Source: Candidatus Saccharimonadia bacterium (GTDB lineage: Bacteria > Patescibacteriota > Saccharimonadia > UBA4664). From it: a DNA stretch of 64,000 nucleotides. Numbering within the stretch: position 1 is the stretch's first letter; the number at the start of each line of letters is the position of its first letter. The stretch covers positions 2,901 to 66,900 of the forward strand of contig DATIIV010000033.1 in assembly GCA_035479295.1 (NCBI GenBank). Direction: 5' to 3'. Below are positions 56,692 through 64,000 of the stretch, in pieces. The notes beneath the pieces were generated by a model, which made no database searches, had not been told where the DNA came from, and saw only the letters and a program-made list of their open reading frames with translations. The translations under genes and the position numbers were made by a program.

Positions 56692-57672
56692 TCACGTAGC
56701 CTCCGGGTGGTCGGGCCGAATGGACGATGTTGGTTCCGGCGCCAGCTCCGGCAGACTGCGCATGAGCAGCGTTCCCCCCAGAACCTGGGGCCGAACCTCC
56801 TCCGGTAGCAGGCTCAGCCAGAAGTTAGCAGGCTTTGCTTCGCCTCGCATAAGCAGCTGCCGGTAGTCGGCTGGCATCAGCGCTAGCACGATGTGGCCTA
56901 GCGCCCGCACGGTGTGCAGTCGAGGCTGTTGCTGCCCATACCGCACTGATCGAACGAGGTTGGCCAGCAGCGACGGCCACAGTCGCCACAGCTGCCAGCC
57001 CTGCCCGCCGCTCACATACAGGTAGAGCTCATTATAGTCCAGGCCATGGTAGAGCCGATAATGCTGGTTCTTAGCCCAGAACAGCAGCGTTTTGACCTGG
57101 GTAAGGAGCGCCAGGGCTTTCAGAACGTTGCCCTGAGTGACATAGAGCCGGGCCCTCATGCCCAGCGACGCACCCAGATCAGCTTGCGCCAGTCGTCGGT
57201 CGTACGCATAAGCCACATAGGCGCCGTTGCAGGCCTGGCGAAGGCGCTCGTCGGCCTCATCTAGCAGTGCTGTTCGCTCCGGTCCCACGCAAAGCGTGGC
57301 AGCCTGATGGCGACGCCACTCGGCGCCGTCGCGCCACAGCCGAAGCTGAAGCTGTCGCTTCATTGTGCAGTCAGGTACAGCAGAAAGGGCAGTCTTGGCC
57401 TGACGTTCGTGAGCCTGAGCTCCCTCATAGTCGCCCCGCAGCCGTGCCGTGATCATCTGGTCGATCAGGGTATTGGCGTAGATGCTGGACATAGTGGCTC
57501 CGGTCGGCGCCGGCCGCTGGCTCAAGAACTGGCGTAGTAGCCAGGACGTACCCGTGTGGTTGCGGCGGGGTTTTATCTCGTAATGAAACCGCAGCCCTCT
57601 CTGGGCCTTCCAGCCGTGCGGCGTCTGTCTCATCAGGTACTCCTTGTCTGTGCGGGCTGTAAATTGACTCAC
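56692..57672 (-). CDS. Hypothetical protein
   Basis: 326-aa ORF between grpE and dnaK on the opposite strand. The start may be internal (MRQTPHG). Confidence 0.4.
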   Translation of the reverse strand: MSQFTARTDKEYLMRQTPHGWKAQRGLRFHYEIKPRRNHTGTSWLLRQFLSQRPAPTGATMSSIYANTLIDQMITARLRGDYEGAQAHERQAKTALSAVPDCTMKRQLQLRLWRDGAEWRRHQAATLCVGPERTALLDEADERLRQACNGAYVAYAYDRRLAQADLGASLGMRARLYVTQGNVLKALALLTQVKTLLFWAKNQHYRLYHGLDYNELYLYVSGGQGWQLWRLWPSLLANLVRSVRYGQQQPRLHTVRALGHIVLALMPADYRQLLMRGEAKPANFWLSLLPEEVRPQVLGGTLLMRSLPELAPEPTSSIRPDHPEAT

Positions 57673-57725
57673 CAGACGAAGCTGCCGATTACTATACCAT
57701 GAAATTAGTTGTTACTCTATGGACG

Positions 57726-57752
57726 TTAGCACTCTTGACGTCCGAGTGCTAA
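57726..57752 (+). promoter_or_regulatory. CIRCE operator upstream of dnaK (perfect consensus)
   Basis: TTAGCACTC-ttgacgtcc-GAGTGCTAA, with TTGACG (-35) in the spacer and TACAAT 17 nt downstream. Confidence 0.8.
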
Positions 57753-57772
57753 CTTTCTACAATAGAATCAAC

Positions 57773-57799
57773 TTAGCAAGCGTTCCCAGCGAGTGCTAA
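57773..57799 (+). promoter_or_regulatory. Second, degenerate CIRCE-like element upstream of dnaK
   Basis: TTAGCAAGC-gttcccagc-GAGTGCTAA. Confidence 0.4.
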
Positions 57800-57825
57800 C
57801 ATAGCTTTAGAAGGAGATCTTATTC

Positions 57826-59757
<1,932 letters not shown>

Positions 59758-59778
59758 CTCACCTGCTACAATTGCCTC

Positions 59779-60189
59779 ATGTATACACCTTACCTCGTGC
59801 CCATCTCTTGCAAAGGAATCGTCTGGGAAGGCGGCAAAGTCTGGCTACGCAAGAACGAGCGCAATGAGTGGGAGCTACCCGGCGGCAAACTTGATCCCGG
59901 CGAACAACCGGCCGAAACGGTGGCGCGCGAAATGCTCGAAGAGCTGGGCGTGAAGGTGCACGTGGGCCGGGTGGTTGACAACTACTTGTACACCATTCAC
60001 ATGAGCGTCGATGAGAATCGCGGTGTGCTGGTAGCTAGCTACGCCTGCGAATTTGTAGAGCGGGTTGGCCAGGTCGAACACATCGGCGAAGCAGGCCGAG
60101 CGGAGTTTCGCCAGTTTCCGCCGGGGGAGATCGAGGCGCTGAACATGCCAGAGTTCTACAAACGAGCCATTAAGCTGGTCCGGTCATGA
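59779..60189 (+). CDS. NUDIX hydrolase
   Basis: Nudix box GGKLDPGEQPAETVAREMLEELG. Confidence 0.8.
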   Translation: MYTPYLVPISCKGIVWEGGKVWLRKNERNEWELPGGKLDPGEQPAETVAREMLEELGVKVHVGRVVDNYLYTIHMSVDENRGVLVASYACEFVERVGQVEHIGEAGRAEFRQFPPGEIEALNMPEFYKRAIKLVRS

Positions 60190-60454
60190 TCAAGCTCCTT
60201 AACCCAACTGATCGCCGCGAGCGCCGTCAGCTCTATAAACTGGTGCACGAGTCGCAGCGCTTCAGCGCGTCACCCTGGACGGCCTGGAGCGCGATGACGA
60301 GTCGTTCGCGAAGTTAGTGCACAGCATCATTCGCCACAATCTGCGCGATCCCAAGCTGGCCTACTATTTGAACTGGCGCGACGACCGAGCGGTGGGCCAT
60401 ATTCTGCTGCGCGAGCTAGCCACAGCCACTGGTAATCGGCGCGAACGTGGTTGA
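60186..60454 (+). pseudogene. Possible frameshifted small gene
   Basis: Frame A reads MIKLLNPTDRRERRQLYKLVHESQRFSA and stops after 43 codons. The -1 frame continues protein-like (VTLDGLERDDESFAKLVHSIIRHNLRDPKLAYYLNWRDDRAVGHILLREL) but has no start codon. Confidence 0.3.
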
Positions 60455-61669
60455 GTGCGCTGGGTCGCCCAGCACATTAGCCGTAGCCGTAATGGTATAC
60501 AGGCCGCTGGGCAAATGGGCTATGCGTATATATGAGCTATCGGTAGCCGTTCCGGGCCCGCTGAACGTCTGTTGAACCAGGGAATAGAGTGTGGCCCCAA
60601 TCGAGCTGGCGCTCGTAATGGTATAAACGACCTGCACGCTGCTGGCCGTGCCGGCACTAAAGGTGGCCTGGACATTCATCTCGCAATCGTTCACGAAGCC
60701 TGGGTCTTGGCGCTGATTGTCTATGAGACTGACAGGTGTAAGCGGGCTCGTCAAGAAAGACGTTCGTTGGGGCGATTGCAGCGGCTGTGGGCTGGCGCAG
60801 GTACTAAAGATAGCTGGGCTGGCGGTGACGCTAATGCTGGGATTGGCAGTATCGGTGATAGTAACACCAATGCGATAGCTGTCTCCGGGCTCCAGGCCTT
60901 GTAGTGGGTAAGCAGGGGGGTGGTCAGTTTGGCTGCCGGCGGCAGAGAAATTGTAGGGGTAGGGATTCTCTATACCGTTGTCGGTTTTAGTGCTGAGCTC
61001 CTCCCAGGTTACATTGACGCTACCACTACCATTGACGCTAAAGGTGACGTATTCGTTGAGGATGCAGTTATGGGCACCGCCGGGGGTGATGGTGGGTGCA
61101 AAATTGGTAATGTTAATGGCGGTCATTGGTCCGGGCGGCGGCGGAGTTGGGGCAGGTGTCGGGGCGGGCGTGGGCGCTGGTGTTGGTGAGGGCTTGGAAG
61201 TTGAGCCGCCCGAGCTGCCGGAACCGCCCGATTTTGTAGTGGTTTTCGTAGCCGGATTGGTAGTTTGGCCCTGCGTGGTTTGTTGCAATTGCGCCACCTG
61301 GGACTGGAGCGCCGTTGAGCCTGTGTCACCGATGCCCTGCAGTAAGGCCGCTGCCGCCGCCGGATTGTGCTGTTGCAACAGTTGTTGCGCTTGCGCCAGC
61401 TTTTGGGCGACCTGCTGAAAGTGCTGATTGCGCTGTTGTTCCGCTCGGATCTGTTGAGCAAGCCCAGGCCAAACGCCCAGCTGGTTAATGGACTGCAGCT
61501 GCTGGGCCGCGGTCACGTAATGTCCAGCCGTATCGAGCTGTTGAGCCGTGCGCAGCTTATGCGTGGCTTGATAGTTCTGGTATCCTAACCAACCGGCCAG
61601 GCCAAGGAGCACCATCATGAACGCCAAGAGGAGTTGCCATCGGCGCGTTTTTAGGGCAGTCAGGAGCAT
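60416..61669 (-). CDS. Hypothetical surface protein with N-terminal TM, Gln-rich coiled coil and PTPA-repeat linker
   Basis: 417-aa ORF with a Ser/Thr-rich beta-like C-terminal domain. Confidence 0.45.
   Translation of the reverse strand: MLLTALKTRRWQLLLAFMMVLLGLAGWLGYQNYQATHKLRTAQQLDTAGHYVTAAQQLQSINQLGVWPGLAQQIRAEQQRNQHFQQVAQKLAQAQQLLQQHNPAAAAALLQGIGDTGSTALQSQVAQLQQTTQGQTTNPATKTTTKSGGSGSSGGSTSKPSPTPAPTPAPTPAPTPPPPGPMTAINITNFAPTITPGGAHNCILNEYVTFSVNGSGSVNVTWEELSTKTDNGIENPYPYNFSAAGSQTDHPPAYPLQGLEPGDSYRIGVTITDTANPSISVTASPAIFSTCASPQPLQSPQRTSFLTSPLTPVSLIDNQRQDPGFVNDCEMNVQATFSAGTASSVQVVYTITSASSIGATLYSLVQQTFSGPGTATDSSYIRIAHLPSGLYTITATANVLGDPAHSTTFAPITSGCG
61148..61195. repeat. Tandem 12-nt repeat (4 units) encoding a TPAP linker
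   Basis: ggggcaggtgtc / ggggcgggcgtg / ggcgctggtgtt / ggtgagggcttg on the plus strand correspond to PSPTPAPTPAPTPAPTPPPP on the minus strand. Confidence 0.3.
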
Positions 61670-61868
61670 AAAGGCAGTCTCGCTAGGCGTTTTTATAATG
61701 CTTGGGTTAATTATAGCAGAATGATTAATCCCGGGGATTTTCCGCTCAGACGAAGTGGTGAATGGCCTGATTTATACCTGGAAACTGTAGCCACGAAAAG
61801 GCCGCCAAGGCCGGCGTCCGGGAAGAGCGCGGGGGCCTTGGCGGCGGTTGGAGCGGTGACCGGCGTCG

Positions 61869-62036
61869 TCAGCTGGCGGGCTGGTCGTCGGGGTCGGTCG
61901 CGGTGTCCGGCTGGTCGTCGGCCGGGGTCGCTCCAGCGGTTGTGCCCAGATTGGGCAGACCGCTGGCCTGAGCGGTCCGGCCGAGGAAGTTGAATAGAGT
62001 GTCCAGGACGTTGTCCGACTTGCCGGGGGTGCTCAT
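61869..62036 (-). CDS. Small acidic Pro/Thr/Asp-rich ORF (55 aa)
   Basis: A GGAGGA SD lies 5 nt upstream of the ATG. MSTPGKSDNVLDTLFNFLGRTAQASGLPNLGTTAGATPADDQPDTATDPDDQPAS. Confidence 0.3.
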   Translation of the reverse strand: MSTPGKSDNVLDTLFNFLGRTAQASGLPNLGTTAGATPADDQPDTATDPDDQPAS

Positions 62037-62055
62037 CGATCCTCCAGGAGTGTCG

Positions 62056-62226
62056 TTACTTGCTGTCGCCAGGGATAATCCCCTGGCTTCTCAAGGCCTG
62101 TCTGAGAGAGGCAGCTACTCTGTCCTCCACATTGCGGAGGGCTACCGCATCCCTGACGTCTCGGTCGGTTGCCGCTAACAGGGCTTCGGCGCCGTCCACG
62201 ATATCGGCAGCGTCGTCGACAAACAT
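62056..62226 (-). CDS. Small ORF (57 aa), upstream partner of 61869-62036
   Basis: MFVDDAADIVDGAEALLAATDRDVRDAVALRNVEDRVAASLRQALRSQG... There is no clear SD. The longer 62316 start is in the ORF track. Confidence 0.25.
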   Translation of the reverse strand: MFVDDAADIVDGAEALLAATDRDVRDAVALRNVEDRVAASLRQALRSQGIIPGDSK

Positions 62227-62309
62227 GGGGCCTGGGCAGTGTGGGCGAAAATACGGCGCATCTGTCACGATTAATATTATAACAGATTTAACAAAGCAAT
62301 ACAATGCTC

Positions 62310-62336
62310 CTGGCACTCTTGATATACGAGTGCTAG
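62310..62336 (+). promoter_or_regulatory. CIRCE-like operator upstream of dnaJ
   Basis: CTGGCACTC-ttgatatac-GAGTGCTAG, with TTGATA (-35) in the spacer and CATAAT 17 nt downstream. Confidence 0.65.
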
Positions 62337-62355
62337 CAAGGCATAATGGAGCGAG

Positions 62356-63471
62356 ATGGCAACCAAGCGTGATTATTATGAAGTTCTGGGAGTGAGCAAG
62401 TCAGCCTCGGCCGAGGAGATTAAGCGCGCCTATCGCAAGCTGGCCATGGAGCACCATCCGGATAAGCACGGCGGCGATGACGCCAAGTTTAAGGAGCTGG
62501 GCGAGGCCTACGAGGTGCTGAAGGATCAGCAGAAGCGGGCGGCCTACGATCAATTTGGCCATGCCGGTGCGCAGGGCAATCCGTTTGGCGGCGGAGCTGG
62601 TGGGCCGGGGGCCGGCGGTTTTGGGGGTGGCTTTGGCGGCGCTGAAGGCTTTGATTTTAGCGATATTCTCAATCAGTTTATGGGCGGCATGGGCGGTCAG
62701 CAGGCCGGCGGACACGGACCGGCGCGCGGACGCGACCTGGAGGTGCTGCTGACGATCGATTTTATGGAGGCGGTGACGGGCGTCGAGAAAGAAGTGACGT
62801 TATCGCTTGATGATACCTGCGAGCACTGCGGTGGCAATGGTGCCGAGCCGGGTTCTACCCTTAAAACCTGCGGTACCTGCAAGGGCCAGGGACAGATTCG
62901 GCGGGTGCAGCAGACGATTCTGGGCGCGATTCAGCAGGTGAGCACCTGCCCTACGTGTGATGGTCGGGGCAAGGTGCCCGAAAAAGTCTGCACCGTTTGC
63001 CATGGCAATGGTGTAATGCGGCGGCAGCGCACGCTGACGATTAAGGTGCCGGCGGGTATTGATGATGGGGCGACCATGCGGCTTGCCGGTAAGGGTGCCG
63101 CGCCCAAAGGCGGCGGAGCCAAGGGTGACCTGTATGTGCAGCTGCGCGTGCGGCCGGATCGTCGATTTGTGCGCCGCGGCCACGATATTTTGAGCGAGGC
63201 AACCGTGCCGATGGCGGCCGCAGCCCTTGGCACCGAGGTGTCGGTAGTGACGGTGGACGGGCCAGTTACGCTTAAGGTGCCAGCCGGAACGCAGTCGGGC
63301 AAGGTCTTTAAGCTCAGCGATCGCGGTATGCCCGATGTGCATGGGCGCGGCCGGGGCGATCACCTGGTGACGGTGGTGGTGGAGACGCCCACTAAATTAT
63401 CGGCTCGGCAGCGCGAATTGCTTGAGCAGTTCGCTCAAGAAGGCGGCAAAAAAGGTTTTTGGCACAAGTAG
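62356..63471 (+). CDS. dnaJ: Chaperone DnaJ
   Basis: J domain with HPD (YRKLAMEHHPDK), G/F region, and four CxxCxGxG zinc-finger repeats. Confidence 0.9.
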   Translation: MATKRDYYEVLGVSKSASAEEIKRAYRKLAMEHHPDKHGGDDAKFKELGEAYEVLKDQQKRAAYDQFGHAGAQGNPFGGGAGGPGAGGFGGGFGGAEGFDFSDILNQFMGGMGGQQAGGHGPARGRDLEVLLTIDFMEAVTGVEKEVTLSLDDTCEHCGGNGAEPGSTLKTCGTCKGQGQIRRVQQTILGAIQQVSTCPTCDGRGKVPEKVCTVCHGNGVMRRQRTLTIKVPAGIDDGATMRLAGKGAAPKGGGAKGDLYVQLRVRPDRRFVRRGHDILSEATVPMAAAALGTEVSVVTVDGPVTLKVPAGTQSGKVFKLSDRGMPDVHGRGRGDHLVTVVVETPTKLSARQRELLEQFAQEGGKKGFWHK

Positions 63472-63511
63472 TTCCAGCCCTGTAACATGAGGGCATAAGG
63501 GAGCGGGCCGC

Positions 63512-64000
63512 ATGAGATTACTGGTTTTGGGGGCGGCCGGCCGAACCGGTCAAGAAGTAGTAAGCCAAGCCTTGGCGCGCGGCCATGAGGTGGTGGCGTT
63601 TGTGCGCCGCTCAGATGTGGCGCTCGCGCCGCAGGAGCGGTTAACGATCGTGGTGGGCGACGCCGAGGACGAGGCAGCGGTCGCGCAGGCGGCGGCCGGG
63701 TGCGATGCGGTAGTGAGCGCGCTAGGCCATACCTCGGTGCGGCGTTCGTCGGCGCAGACTACGGCGGTGGCGGCTCTGGTCAAAGCCCTGCCAGCTGGCA
63801 CGCGCGTGATTAGCCTGACTGGCTTTGGCGTGCCCGACCCCAAGGATCCGTCGCTGCCGTGGACCGGCCGCCTCATGAATCTGGCTATTCGGTGGGTGCC
63901 CGGCGGCCTCTACCATGACGGCGCCGAGCACGCGCGCGTACTGCGCGAGAGTCAGCTGGACTGGACCCTGATCCGGGCGCCGCGCCTAAGCACCGCTCCC
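63512..64000 (+). CDS. NAD(P)-binding oxidoreductase (NmrA/atypical SDR-like), 3'-truncated at window edge
   Basis: An AAGGGAG SD lies upstream. MRLLVLGAAGRTGQEVVSQALARGHEVVAFVRR has a Rossmann GxxGxxG. Confidence 0.6.
   Translation, partial: MRLLVLGAAGRTGQEVVSQALARGHEVVAFVRRSDVALAPQERLTIVVGDAEDEAAVAQAAAGCDAVVSALGHTSVRRSSAQTTAVAALVKALPAGTRVISLTGFGVPDPKDPSLPWTGRLMNLAIRWVPGGLYHDGAEHARVLRESQLDWTLIRAPRLSTAP

Noticed and set aside
61721-62178. Plus-strand ORFs 61721-61993 and 61990-62178
   Set aside because: They have Arg/Gly-rich composition. Minus-strand small ORFs with a strong SD explain the region better.

Overview
This is a 64 kb high-GC (about 63-65%) bacterial chromosomal window containing both core housekeeping genes and compositionally atypical accessory segments. 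It has monoderm/Firmicutes-like and possibly CPR-like traits: CIRCE/HrcA control of dnaK, FemAB paralogs, a BdbC-type DsbB, and many small membrane-anchored hypothetical proteins. It cannot be placed taxonomically from this window alone.

Core content:
- lexA (5'-truncated), a two-component pair (PAS histidine kinase plus CheY-like regulator), radC, a type IV pilin-like gene, a CorC/HlyC transporter, tsaC and a MazG-like gene.
- An F-type ATPase operon with atpF-H-A-G-D-C but no atpB or atpE.
- An ABC-2 exporter, a DsbB/DsbA pair, ftsH, murJ, ddl, two tandem FemAB genes, lepA, a mazEF pair, and a split hrcA-grpE / dnaK / dnaJ heat-shock regulon with three CIRCE operators.
- Four tRNAs: Asn-GTT, Ile-TAT, initiator Met and a CAT tRNA.

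Most interesting observations:
- A leader-plus-Cys-rich-core peptide gene (7 Cys in 21 residues) is transcribed divergently from a 381-aa protein built from two copies of a module made of a sigma-70 region-4-like HTH fused to an RNAP alpha-CTD-like domain. A second small Cys peptide and a minimal CDF transporter lie next to it.
- A 3.7 kb low-GC island abuts tRNA-Asn and is delimited by about 31-bp direct repeats resembling tRNA 3' ends. It carries a class II Fic protein, a VOC protein, a DHFR-family protein and a peptidase-E-like protein.
- A second low-GC island carries wecB plus a TauD-like dioxygenase.
- A roughly 650-bp GC-rich, hairpin-dense non-coding stretch has no credible ORF.
- The tRNA-Ile has a UAU anticodon.
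- lepA carries an insertion in its G domain.
- Several genes appear leaderless or near-leaderless.
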